DNA of 64,000 bases, taken from assembly GCF_009914755.1 (NCBI RefSeq), contig NC_060940.1; one strand, written 5' to 3'. The notes beneath the pieces are model-generated. The model had not been told where the DNA came from. It ran no database searches and saw nothing but the letters and a program-made list of their open reading frames with translations. Shown here piece by piece: positions 47,116-64,000 of the stretch (positions within the stretch are counted from its first letter, which is position 1; each line of letters opens with the position of its first letter). The DNA is from the human T2T-CHM13v2.0 reference genome, Homo sapiens. The translations under genes were made by a program, and so were the position numbers.

Positions 47116-47271
47116 AATAAAAAGAAGAACAAATAATTGAAGAAAGAACATATCGATAAAAACAAAACTTAAATAAAAGTGTGGCAAGTATGACAAAGAA
47201 AAAAAGTGGAGAAACCAAATTAAACCACATTTGGATTAAGAAAGTGGATACAATTACAGATAAGGGAAATA

Positions 47272-47583
47272 TTTTTATTTTAACTTAATTTTATTTTTTT
47301 GAGATGGGAGTCTCACTCTGCCCCCCAGGCTGTAGTGCAGTGGCATGATCTCCGCTCACTGCAACCTCCGCCTCCTGGGTTCAAGCGATTCTCATCCCTT
47401 AGCCTCCAGAGTTGCTGAGACTATAGGCACCCACCACCACGCCTAGCTAATTTTTGTATTTTTAGCAGAGACAGGGTTTCACCATATTGGCCAGGCTGGT
47501 CTTAAACTCCTGACCTCAAGCAATCTGCCCGCCTCAGCTTCCCAAAATGCTGGGATTAGAGGCGTAAGCCACCACACCTGGCC
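47272..47583 (-). mobile_element. AluS
   Basis: Reverse dimer; TSD gggaaatatttt/gggaaagacttt. Confidence 0.94.
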
Positions 47584-48044
47584 TTGGGAAAGACTTTTAA
47601 ATAAAAATATTATGTAGAATTTTACGGTGATAAATTGAAAATCCAAAGGAAATGGATTTAGTATTTTAATAAAATACTAAGTATTTAAAAAATAATTCAA
47701 ATGGACTCCCTACCTCTCTTCTCCAAAAACAAAATAAAATACATATTCATTCATTCAACAAATATTTCTTAGCCATTATTGTGAGGTATTTTGAATGAAG
47801 ATTAGCAAGATAATCTGCTTTCCGCTAAATCAATCTATAAATTCAATGTATTCCCAATCAAAATCCTGAAGAAATTTTAAAATGGGATTTGCAAACTGAT
47901 TTTGATCTTCATCTGAAAATGTAAATGTGTGAGAAGTTAAAATTTTGTAAAAGTTAAAAAAAGGAGACTTGCCTTAATAAATATCAAAACATATTACAAA
48001 AATGTCTACAGAGTCACAATTCTGCAAAGACATTTCCTTCCCCC

Positions 48045-48657
48045 TGTCAGAGGTGTTTGAACCAGAGTGACTGCATCTTGAATAGAGTCTGGGTAAAATG
48101 AGGCTGAAATCTACTGGGTTGCATTTTCAGGAGGTTAGGCATTCTGTTACAGTATGAGATAGGAGGCTGGCACAAGATACGGGTCACAAAGACCTTGCTG
48201 ATAAAACAGCATATGGTAAAAAAGCTGGCCAGATCCCACCAAAACCAAGATGGCTACAAAAGTGACTTCTGGTCATTCTCGCTGCTCATTATATGCTAAT
48301 TATAATATATTAGCATGTGAAGAGACACTTCCACCAGTGCCATAACAGTTTACAAGCACCATGACAACGTCAGAAAGTTACCCTATATGATCAATTCCAG
48401 GAATTGCCCACCCCTTTCCCAGAAAACACATGAATAAGCCACCCCTTGTTTACTGTATTCTCAAGAAATAACTATAAGTATCCTTAGTTGGGCAGCCCAC
48501 ACTGCTGCTCTGCCTATGGTGTAGCCATTGTTTTATTCCTTTACTTTCTTAATAAACTTGCTTTCACTTTACTCTATGGACTTGCCCTGAATTCTTTCTT
48601 GTGCATAATCCAGGAACCCTCTTTGGGGGTCTGGATCAAGACCCCATTCAGGTAACA
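48045..48657 (+). mobile_element. MER41B-like ERV1 solo LTR
   Basis: tgtcagaggtgtttgaaccagag...cttaataaacttgctttcacttta...ggtaaca; 613 bp; 4-bp TSD cccc/cccc. Confidence 0.92.
48395..48424. promoter_or_regulatory. Tandem GAS (STAT) motifs TTCCAGGAA and TTCCCAGAA
   Basis: Both match TTCNNNGAA; 21-bp spacing; at the position expected in MER41B. Confidence 0.75.
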
Positions 48658-48762
48658 CCCCACACCCCAAAACCTATTCAGAGTTGTTACTGCCTGGAGT
48701 GGACCTGGACTGGAGGGGAGAGGGTGTAGAAAACAGGGAGGAGAATTTTTACTTTTCACCTT

Positions 48763-49263
48763 TGTATACGTTTTCCACTGCTGCTATAACAAAGCACCAC
48801 AAACCTGGCAGTTGAAGCGACATAAATTTATTTTACAGCTCTGGTCCAAAGTCTGAATTGGGTCTTACTGGGCAGAAATCAAGGTGTCAGCAGAGTGTGG
48901 TTCTTTTTCTGGAGGTTAAGAGGAGAACTTGTTTTCTTGCCTCTTCCAAGTGTCTAAATGCTGCCCACATTCCTTGGCTGGTGGTTCCATTCCTTCAGCT
49001 CTAAAGCCAGCAATGCTCAGTCTTCGTGTTGCATCACTCTGGTACTGCATCTTCTGCCTCCTTCTTCCACATTTGAGGACCCTTGTGATTACACTCAGTT
49101 CACCTAGATAATCCAGGGTAATCTCCCTATTTTAAAGTCAGCTGATTAGTGACTTTAAGTCCATCTGCAATCTTAATCACCTTTTGCTGTGTAATGCAAC
49201 ATATTCAGCTTCTGGAAATTGGGATATGGACATCTCTGGATGAGCATTATTCTGCCTACCACA
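48763..49263 (-). mobile_element. MLT1D-like MaLR solo LTR
   Basis: ctgctataacaaagcaccacaaac...aaatcaaggtgtcagcag...attctgcctaccaca. Confidence 0.85.
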
Positions 49264-49990
49264 ACTAGAGCTTTCTAAACTGTTTGTATTTGTTAACTTA
49301 GAAATATGTATTACTTTTATAATTTAAAATTAAGAGTACCTGATGGTGAGCATTTTTTAAAAAGCTATAAAGATTTAAACTTACTTTTGTGTTATAATGA
49401 TAAAAAGGTTGATGTTGCAGGATTAGGCAAATGAAACATTAACAACAACAAAAAAAAACCCTAGCAATTCAGAGACATATATAGGCGGGATATAGCATTA
49501 GACAAAGGTCATATTTCAAGCCATGGGGGAAACAGAATGGACAATGTATAAGAGGAAACTGTGGGTGTTACCGGAAATAAAAGGTTTGATCTTTATGTCA
49601 TACCACATAATCAAATAAATCCCATGAGGTTTAAAGATCAAAACTTCAAAAAAAATTAAAAGTAGTAGGAAAAGATGTAGGAAAATATACTTGTAATTTT
49701 GGGTGTGGTCTTCTTATACCACAATCCATAAAGCAAAACTTGATAATATTAAAATCAAAGTCAAAATATAAGCAACAGGCTGAGAAAAAATATTTGATAA
49801 AATATAACAAAGAGTTAGTAGCCATAATCAATAAAGATCTTTTGTAATCTGACAAGAACTCAATGATATGGGAAAATGAACAAAAAACATAAACAGGATG
49901 ATTCTCAGAAGAAGTAATGTAATGGCAACACATATGTGAAATCACGTTCAAACTCACATACTTAGCACACTCAAAAATTCCCCATGGGTC

Positions 49991-50288
49991 ACTGGGTGCC
50001 GTGGCTCACGCCTGTAATCCCAACACTTTGGGAAACTGAGGCGGGTGGATCACTTGAGCTCAAGAGTTCAAGACCAGCCTGGGCAACATGGTGAAACGCT
50101 GTCTCTCCCAGAAATGCAAAAAAATTAGTCAGGCTTGGTGGTGTGCGTCTGTGGTCCTAGCTACTCTGGAGGCTGAGGTGGGAAAATTTCTTTGAGCCTG
50201 AGAGGCAGAGGTTGCAGTGAGCCGAGATGGCACCGCTGCACTCCAGCCTGGGTGACAGAGTGAGACTCTGTCTGAAAACAAAAAAAAA
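49991..50288 (+). mobile_element. Alu (Jb-like)
   Basis: Full dimer; TSD aaaaattccccatgg. Confidence 0.94.
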
Positions 50289-50462
50289 TTCCCCATGGCA
50301 TTATTTGCCAAAATGAAAACTGGATATATGACTTTAAAGGCATCGATAGCAAATAAGTAAATTTTGTACCTCCAAAATAGAGATAATAAATAGCTATTAA
50401 ATACAATAAGAATGATCTTGGGCACCAATAGAGGAAGATGTCTGTAATAAAATAAGTGAAAA

Positions 50463-50803
<341 letters not shown>

Positions 50804-50872
50804 CTATGGAATAATCCAAATATGCTATATGTAATATATACATGCAATATACCCATATGTTCCCATGTATAA

Positions 50873-51286
<414 letters not shown>

Positions 51287-51315
51287 TACATTCTTCTTCT
51301 CTATTTTTCCTTTAA

Positions 51316-51628
<313 letters not shown>

Positions 51629-54302
51629 CATGTATTGTTTTGAAAAATACAAAAAATAAAATAGAAAAGAAATGATAAATAAATTCTCAAAAACTGATAC
51701 GGGGACAATGGTAAGCAAAAGAAAATTATGAAATCAATGTATCCTGTAACTTTTTTTCCCAAAAAAAAAAATAAAATGATTGGCAAAATAATTAGTCTAG
51801 TCATGCTTCAAAGAATGTTAGTTTAGCTATGGGGTTTTCTAATACTTTGAATGAGAGCTAAAAATGTCAAATTCATATATCTTTCAAGGATAAAAATTCT
51901 CTAATAGCCTTCATTAATTGCTTCCATTGTACATAATATTTTGTAAGTTTTACATCTCCAGGAAAGTAATGTTTACAAATTCAAACCGTGTACCTTCAAT
52001 ATTACTTAGGTGACATAAACAAATTAAAATAAGGCCAATGTATGCCAGTTGTGTTTATCAACCTGATCCCCTCTGAAAACGAGAAATGAAGTCAAATACC
52101 CTTTAATACTATTTATTAGTGGAGTAATATAATACATTTTGACAAGTTGAACAGTTGTAACAGGAGGCTACTTAAGTCTCTACAGGGCCTGTTTAGAATG
52201 AAAACAGGAGTGAGAGACAGCTCTATAGCTGGGTTTTAAGAACAGCTCAGCCATCAACTATATCCTAACCAAGTACTTTTATCCAGTTAATTTATGGAGT
52301 GAATCCCTTAGGGTCTCTAGCCGTCTACCCCTGCAGCTCATTAGAGCCCAATATCCAACTTTTCTCACTGTAGCACTGAGAGCATTTATGCTTAAAATGT
52401 AATTAAACTTAAAACAAACAAGATCTTTATTCCCTGACAGTCCCGCTATTTTTAAATTGACAAAGGCATGAACTTATATAGGATTATTTAGCAAGCACTA
52501 TACATTTCAGCCACTTATGGCAAGACATTTGCCCAATTGTTCATCCTGCATGCAATTAGAAATCTAAATACTTGGGTAACGGGTTTCTATTGGGAATTAA
52601 ACTTGCAGATCTCTTACAAACTAGTAATGTGGTAAGACTTGCTGTCCAATGAGGTGTCTTATTGAAATATCCCAGGCCATTTCACTTGTCACAGCTGTCG
52701 TTTCAGCCGCTTGCACTCACAGTGTATAGCTTTCATTACGAAAATAGAAATTTGTGTCCTAAGTGCTGTTACATTACTAATGCTAAATATTTAATTCCCT
52801 GGGGTTCCAATTATGGTTGAGCACTGGCAACACTGATTCTACTTTTTAATAACAACTGTAAAAGCAATTTGAGCATTTTTCAATTAATTAAATACATAGT
52901 GAACGAGTAACCTCTTGTCATTTTGCCCTCCAGGACCTGAGCTAATTGGTGTAGAATAAAATGTTTTGAAAATTAACTGATATTCTGGTCTGCACACTGT
53001 TATACCATTAAATTACAGTTTGCAAAATGAAGTTTGTCTTCTAATAGTTACACTCAATAGAGTCTGCAGATGTGAGTAAGTACCTGCATTTTATGTACGT
53101 CACGGTGCCTGTAATTACAGCCGAGTTGAAAGTCGAGTGTAGTTTCTCTAAACACCAATCAGTATCAATAATACTTTGCATTGTTCACAGATAAATGCAA
53201 CATATTTCAACATAGGAAAGTTTCCCAGGTTTCATTACATGTTTTCACGATTTAGCTTAAATGTTTTGAAAGTTTGCTCACAGGAATTACTATCGCTAAT
53301 TATATTCACACAGAAAAGTTAAAAAAAATTTTTTTTATATTTTTTTCACAAGAGAAAATTACAAATCGGATGTCTGGGAAAGCCCTTCCTTTTTAAACAC
53401 TTTGTGGCAGTTTCTCGTTTCACTATAGAACAATGTCATAAATAAGCTCTAAATTGGTGTTTCAGCTGAAAAGGATGAATTATAAAAGCAGATGCAATTT
53501 TACTCACATTTTAAAACGAACCTTTTTCTGAAGTACAATGAAATATGATTAAAGAGACCATCTCCTTGTAGAAAAACGTCTCTGACAGGTGTTCTTCCAG
53601 GCCGGAGTCTTGATTGGCCATAATCTAAAATCCATGCTTGGAAAGTGAATGCCTTTTCAGCAGCTGTCTGCCTAACAGAGATGATCCCCTAAACAGGTTT
53701 CACTGAATTAGGAATCTCAGCAGAAGCATTAGGGCTCATGGAGTAAGACACAGAAAGTGAAATTAATCACGCTGGCAGAGAGAGAAAAAAATAATAGGGA
53801 AAATTTAATCACTTCCATACCCATCTTTAGGGTTAAAGCTTTAATATTTCTAAGATTTTAGTAACATCTTTGAGAAATGAATTTTTAATTACAGGACTAA
53901 CTGGATAGCACCAGCCGGTTAAATAAATCAGCCTAAATTTCTGATTAAAAAAAAAAAACTTAACTGGATAAAGAGAACATTTTAGAATTCTGAGGTTGAG
54001 TTGACTTTTCTGGAAGCAATCTCCAGTCAATCAGCAAATACACACACACACATAAGTGAAAATCAAAATATAAATATAAATTTCTTTAAGGTTTATCTAA
54101 ATATTAATCTATATGGAAGGTAATATCTTAATAGATCTTTAAAAACAACAGCTTAATATATCTTATCATAAAATAATTCTTAAAACAAGACATAGAATTT
54201 CTAAATGACATGTTAAATACAGTTTACAAATTATTTTTGCCAAAGACCATTTTTTTTCCAGCCCAAAGAACAGCTATATTTCAAAATAAAAAAGTCAAAA
54301 TT

Positions 54303-54575
54303 GGCCTAGCGTGGTGGCTCACACCTGTAATCCCAGCACTTTGGGAGGCCAAGGCGGGTGGATCATGAGGTCAGGAGATCAAGACCAGCCTGGCCAATAT
54401 AGTAAAATCTCTTCTGTACTAAAAATACAAAAATTAGCCAGGCATAGTGGTGCACGCCTGCAATCCCAGGTACTCAGGAGGCTGAGGCGGGAGAATTGCT
54501 GGAACCGGGGAGGCAGAGGTTGCAGTGAGCCAAGACTGTGCTACACTCCAGCCTGGGTGACAGAGCAAGACTCTG

Positions 54576-54606
<31 letters not shown>
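54303..54606 (+). mobile_element. AluS (Sg/Sc-like)
   Basis: Full dimer; TSD aaaaaagtcaaaat. Confidence 0.94.
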
Positions 54607-54722
54607 GTCAAAATAAAGAAAACTTGTGCTTTGAATACAAGTGGCACAGATATTTTTTATATTAAGAAATGGATCCGAATTTATTCCAAAACACTTATGT
54701 ATCTAGTTTTGAAAAATAATAA

Positions 54723-55028
<306 letters not shown>

Positions 55029-55782
55029 GAAAAATAATAATTTCATTAACTGACTTCTAATATGTGGCCAAACCACAACCAAACAAAACAACACCCAGTT
55101 CTCTAAAAACATGAGACGGTCATAATTAAAGTCACTATCTTTAGTATCAGGGTCCCCAGTTATTGCACGCAGCTAACCAGTTGGAGTTGGTCATCAAATC
55201 CCAGACAGCCTCCACCCATCTCCAGCTGCAGCAGCAGGATGACGACTAGCTGAAGATGGTGAGACTTTGACCCCTCAGGATCACATGCCCATTAAGTTCC
55301 CCTCCTTGTGACCTGACACTCCCTGTACTCACAGGGGTTGGCAGCCCCAATCTACACAGTCAGAACTAAGTCTTACCTATTATCCACCAACACCAGTACG
55401 TGAAGCCAGTGAGAAAACTCCACCAACCTTGGAAGCAGAGGATCTAAGCTCAAACTTGAGAATGCGAACAGCGGTGGGATCTAGGATGGGTCACTTCACA
55501 CGTCTGCACCCCTGATCTCCTGGCTCTGACATGGGGGACAATGCAATCTCTGCATTGTTCTCAAGGTCCAATGAGAAAAGACGAAGTTGCTGCAGAAGCT
55601 GTAAAGCAGCATGTAAATATAAGATACCCAAGGCTTCCAGGCTAACGCTCACCTGCCATTTAACAAAGCATTTCTCATGTGACTGTGCAAAGTGCCTAAA
55701 GTAAAAAATATATGCAGTCAATCCATAATAATGTGCCTAAAGAAAGAGGTTAGAATCATTGTGGACTCTGCAGTTTTCACTA

Positions 55783-56181
<399 letters not shown>

Positions 56182-58194
56182 TTAGAGTTTATTAAAAAAA
56201 AAAAAAGGACCAATGGGATAAAGAAGACAAGGGGAATTTACAGGAGATTATCTCAATATAGGTGTCATTTAATAAACTATAAACTTAAAATGAGGCCTGT
56301 TTTAATTTTATTTTCTAAGGTGTATTCAAATACTCAAATATTTCCCTTAGTTCCCAGACTCAAGGCCCGATGGCTCCCCTATCCTGGCTAGAATCAGCCT
56401 CTGAAGAACTCTGCGAAGTGGAGAAGGATGTCAGAGGAGGGAGTTAGAGCAGATGTCCCTCATTTTAACACCCAATTGGCTAAAATACACAGAGAACTGA
56501 GAAAAGACTTGCTTGCAAGTTAATATACAACTGTGGCATCTGGCCCATTAGTGGGCTCTGGAAGCCCTTTTTCATGCTGGCTGTATTCTACTTAGCTCCA
56601 CTACCTGGTCTCCAAGTCCGCAGGAGCATAAAAGCAGAATTTTGAAGGGCAGGTCGAGGCCTGCAGGTAGGGCCAACGAGAAATACAGCTGACAGCAATT
56701 GAAGACACAGAAAGCTTCTGAGAAATGCCAATGAGAACTAAACAGAAAACAAAAAACCAAAACAACTAAAAACGAAAAGGCCGAGTCCTTTCATGAGAAC
56801 TGAGTTATACAGTCCAATTCTTACTGATGACGATGAGTTATTACCAAAGTTAAATGAGACTTGATATGCTTTCAAGATGAGACGGGAAAGTATAATCCAT
56901 TTTAGAAAGATTTCCATCACAAATAGTTAATGTTAATTCCTAAAACTGGGCTATCTTGAATAACCCATTCCCTGAGGGTTCCAGATTAGCATCATTTCAC
57001 TGTAGTTAGATAGTTTTATGGTTAATGTACTGTGGTATAAATAAATATAGCTTAGCCTGTCTCCACTGAAAATATGTGTTCCATAAAACAACAAGTAAAA
57101 TAGGTCAATAAGCAACCCATAGTAAATAATTCAAGCATAAAAGTACATAACATTAGAATGAACCAAGATAAACCAGTCCTCTTCAAAATTGACAATACAT
57201 TTATTCAAAATGGACTTTTAAAATGAAAACCTAAATATCTAAAGATAAATGGTGAGAAAAGAGGTATCAAATTATTAATTTACATGCACTACACTCCTAT
57301 AAGAAGAGTCTGTAGGAAAATAAATCAGTTTATGCATCCACATGATGATGAAGTCATACTCTATACCACTCTTATTCAGTTTTACAACATAAAGTTATAG
57401 TAGATGTTCAATAAATTGTTGCACGGAAATATAATTTACAAGGCGTTCAGATGTCAGATGAAAAAGAGATGGGCAATAACAGGTATATCATCAGTTTTTC
57501 ATGGGGGTATTTAGAGATGTGAAATATAAGGAAAGTGAAAGAGAGGAATTTGAAATTTTAAAGAAACTCAACCTGCTGAAGGCTATGATGCACACGTTGA
57601 TTTTGACTACATCTTGGGGCAAAAGATGCTTGGTGAATAATGTCTGGCTCTGGTTAGGTTTCAGAATAGGAGACTAATCTGAAGACATTCAAAATGGCAC
57701 CAGCAGATGAGAAGGATGAAGTCAGAGTCCCAGCCTCCTAGCTGCCCTGGCACTGGCTTCACTACTAGGCAGTCCCATTCAGCCAGGCTAACAAAAGATG
57801 TCCTGATTTGTGGCTTTGGGGAAACAAGGTAGCAGGTGACCTCCATGGAGCCCCTTGGTGGCAGAGGGAGGTGACAAAAGGTTCCCTATACTGTTAGCAA
57901 GCTTCCTTCACCTCCTTGCCTGGTGCAGGTTAAGTCAGAGTTTTAGTGATTCCATTGTTTTAGATTTTAATTTACATGGCTCTTTGGGCATTTTGCAGAG
58001 TATATCACCAAAGAAGTGGACATGTTTGCCTTTAATGTCTACGGGCATAATTTATGCATTACTATACTGTCCATCACTCTACTAACTCGAAGATATTAGT
58101 AATCTTTGCATTTTCCCCATAGGCTGTGAACTGTGGATAGCATAACCATACCAGGGACATGGGTATCCTCTCAGTCCTCAGCTTTACCCCAGTT

Positions 58195-58519
58195 TAGTTT
58201 ATTTATTTATTTATTTATTTATTTGGAAATGGAGTCTTGCTCTCCTGCCCAGTTTGGGTAAGATGCGCCCACTGGGCAATGTTGCGATCTTGGCTCACTG
58301 CAACCTCTGCCTCCCAGGTTCAAGCAGTTCTCCTGCCTCAGCCTCTGGGGTAGCTGGGATTTCAGGGGCGTGACACCACACTGGGCTAATTTTTGTATTT
58401 TAGTAGAGGTGGTGTTCTCCATGTTGGCCAGACTGGTCTCAAACTCCTGACCTGAAGTGATTTGCCTGCCTTGTCCTCCCAAAATGCTGGGATTACAGAT
58501 GTAAGCCACTGTGCCCAGC
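58195..58519 (-). mobile_element. AluS with a small insertion
   Basis: (TTTA)n tail; TSD ttaccccagttta/ttatccaagttta. Confidence 0.92.
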
Positions 58520-58711
58520 GTTATCCAAGTTTATGACCAGCTAAACTTTACTCTCCCAGTCCAGAATTCACACAGCCCACTGAAACATAGACAGGGCACT
58601 CTTGACATTACAAAATTGCTTTATGGTGAGGTTTTAGAAGAACTTCATGTGTCTATCTCATAAAGACCTGAGTAAAAAAATTTACAAACACTTACACAAT
58701 GCTTAGAATGT

Positions 58712-58985
58712 GCGCGCTGGCTCACTGCTATAATCACAGTACTTTGGGAGGCCAAGGTGGGCAGATTACCTGAGGTCAGGAGTTCAAGATCAGCCTGGCC
58801 AACACGGTGAAACCCTGTCTCTACTAAAAATATCAAAAATTAGCCAGGCGTGATGGCTGATGCCTTTGATCCTAGCACTCCAGAGGCTGAAGCAGGAAAG
58901 TTGCTTAAACCCAGGGGGTGGAGGTTTCAGTGAGCCGAGAACTCGCCACTGCAGTCTGTCTCAAAAAAAAAAAAAAAAAAAAAAA
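58712..58985 (+). mobile_element. AluS with a deletion near the 3' end
   Basis: Dimer, poly-A, TSD agaatgtg. Confidence 0.92.
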
Positions 58986-59197
58986 GAATGTGGCCTACAT
59001 CTTCCACCCCACTAGTGAAGGACATTTCAGGCCTCTGCAATAAATTGGCAAGAGGGGGCAGATAATTCATTGTTTATGTCATTTCGGGGGAGAATAGATC
59101 TGGGGATTTAGAAACCCCAAAGGCAATCCTAATGAGGTTTCTGAAAGGCTGTTTAGAGACAGAACAGAAGAAGGGGGATTCTTCTCTCTCTTTAGAA

Positions 59198-59738
<541 letters not shown>

Positions 59739-60081
59739 TTAAGTCTCTCTCCCTGAGAAGGATAGGAACCCCAGCAAAGCTGTCTCTATCCTAGAAAGCA
59801 CCTCCCCGAAACCCAGCTTTAAATAGCTTCTTCCCTGTTTGCCCCTCCCTACGCCCACCCCAGCCTTGACACATCCAGATGCTGAGGTCTGTGTTATTTG
59901 GAGATCACCCCTACCTAAAGGCCTAAAACACACCCCACTCGCCAGTTGTGAAACACCCAATGAAGACTCAGAACCATCAAGTCATCAGAGGAGTGGTTGA
60001 ATTTGAAAGTTCCCTTTTCAGCTCCACATTCCCTTTTCAGTGACAGGGCAGAAAAAAGGGGATATTTTCTCTCCTTTAGAA

Positions 60082-60190
60082 CAGGGCTTGGCAAACTAAA
60101 TCCAGCCTGCAGCCTGTTTTTGTAAGTGTTACTGGAGCACTTGTTTATGGCTACCTTTGCATTGCGATGACGAAGTAGTTGCCACATAGA
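60082..60190 (+). mobile_element. Partial MER58A (duplicate of the 59198 copy)
   Basis: cagggcttggcaaactaaatccagcctgcagcctgttttt, with the same upstream flank. Confidence 0.75.
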
Positions 60191-60520
60191 TGGCTCAACA
60201 CTGATTGAACACCTGGCTCCTGCCCATGCATTTGACCTCAAGTGCAGGGAAGCCTCAAAGAGGAGGATGTGAAAGAGTGTGTGGCATTTCATCAGAAAAG
60301 GATGAGACGAGAGAAGACCCTCCAAATGGAAGAGGCAGCAGACCCACAGGTGTGTGGGTGATCATGCATGTCATGGTCTACCCTAAGAAATGCAGCTGCT
60401 GGGAGAGAAGGGTGCATAGGCTGGAGAGGTGGGAAACAAGGCTGGAACAGTCTGCCAGTCAGGCAGCAAAAGACCTTGTGAATGGCACTGTTGAGAAGTG
60501 GAAGGCAGGAGGATGTTTCT

Positions 60521-62075
<1,555 letters not shown>

Positions 62076-63008
62076 TTAAAAATGATTTAAGCAAGGGCAC
62101 AATTGTGATCAGATCTCACTTTAGGATGGTCACTCTAATAGCAGGGGTGAGGTAGTTGGGGTAAGGGAAATCTGTGCCCTCTCCTAGGCTGCTGGACCCT
62201 CCCCACCACACCTCCTCTGAAAACCACTTCTCTATGTACCTCAGAGAGTTCAACCTTTTCCCCCAGGATCTATGGGCACCTTCTAGATAATAGCAAAAGC
62301 GGTATCGTTCTCATCCCAAATCATCACTTTCTGGACTGCCTCCCAGTCCCATGCTTCTCCTTCTATCAGCTGTTATTGTTGTTTTGTTTCTAATTTCCAA
62401 TCTGCTAGAAACGTAATTTTATTATATACAAAATCTTACACTCGGGTACCGTGGCAATGTCAAATTTCTATACAGGTCTCTAAATGCTTTCCCTCATTTT
62501 CTGCATTTGTCTTGTCACAGGCTGATCAAAAATGTTTGTGGAAGTCCAGTTTCCAGTTTGGCATTTAAAGCACTTGGAAGCTGCCCCTTCATCATAACAG
62601 GTGGAAAGCTGAGCAAACTGAAAACTCAACAACCTGACTTGGGTCTGTAAGAGTGAGATCACAGGGCAAACTGCTGCCTCTGAAATTGGAGAGACAAACA
62701 GGTAGATACAGAAAACAACTTGTCAGAGCAGAGACCTCTGTGGGGACCAAAACCAGGTAGGAAAACCTGAATTGTAATTGACCAATTGCCAGAGACTGGT
62801 TGTGTACAAATCTGACAGTTAAAAACCCCTGAAGGACCCAGTCATGGGGAGGTAGGGGGCCATTTTTTGAGGTTTGCCTCTTAGAGCTCTACCAGGTTAT
62901 TACAGTGAATATCAGAGAAAAATTCCCCCTCATGCTTCTAGCGGGGTGGGAGGGGGAAAGAAACCACTTGAAATACAATACAATACAGCACTCTCTTCCA
63001 TTGTGTCC

Positions 63009-63612
<604 letters not shown>

Positions 63613-64000
63613 TAACAAGATCTGCTATTTGACCACAGCCTAACCTGATGGGGTTTTATCAGAGCCCAGGTGTTTTGGGGGAAGTGAAATACTCAATTTC
63701 AGCCCCCTCTATACTTCCATGTGGGAGAAGAGAAATACCCCACTCCAGCTCTCTCCAGCCATCCTGTCCCTCCTAAGCGGGGGAAACTGAGAAACGCATG
63801 TGAAGTTCATAGTTCAGAGGCATCGATTCACTAAAAGACAGAGGCAGGCCTAATCACAGGACTATAGAATGTTTCCCCTCTCCCCACACCTACCGTGAGA
63901 TTACTGAAGGCCTATTTACGGCAAGTCCTTTTGCCCAGTACATCACGCGCAGCTACCAGGAAAAAATTACAAGGCATACTGAAGGGCAAAAAACACAGTT

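Larger units (their letters stand above)
44900..48030 (+). mobile_element. Fragmented old L1 ORF2 (endonuclease region onward), interrupted by Alus and LTRs
   Basis: gaatacacattctt, cattctctagctataatg, acagccaaaactgaacttagagg, atctataaattcaatgtattcccaatcaaaatcc. Confidence 0.65.

Overview
This is primate (human-like) non-coding genomic DNA, intronic or intergenic, and I cannot name the locus. I find no credible protein-coding gene, tRNA, rRNA or CRISPR array. The listed ORFs are antisense Alu read-throughs, decayed LINE-1 ORF1/ORF2 relics, LTR or simple-repeat artefacts, or chance ORFs. The window holds about 42 Alu/FLAM copies (roughly 19% of the sequence), old L1 fragments including a 5.3 kb 5'-to-3' relic, one 5'-truncated L1PA8-like copy, MIRs, L2 remnants, about 14 solo LTRs and several DNA-transposon MITEs. 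Repeat-poor unique blocks that look regulatory lie at about 1-1250, 24250-25520, 51800-54290 and 56200-58170. The most notable observations are: (1) a 203-bp inverted duplication of an Alu left arm plus its unique flank (28458-29107); (2) an 89-nt, 39-bp-stem hairpin inside an LTR (46346-46434); (3) two MADE1 hairpins of the miR-548 type, one with a perfect 29-bp stem; (4) a MER41B LTR with both STAT1 GAS sites intact; (5) a young AluYc1-like element nested in an older Alu. Repeat subfamily names come from recalled consensus sequences and boundaries were read by eye, so both need RepeatMasker/Dfam confirmation. I found no evidence for a wholly new multi-gene system.
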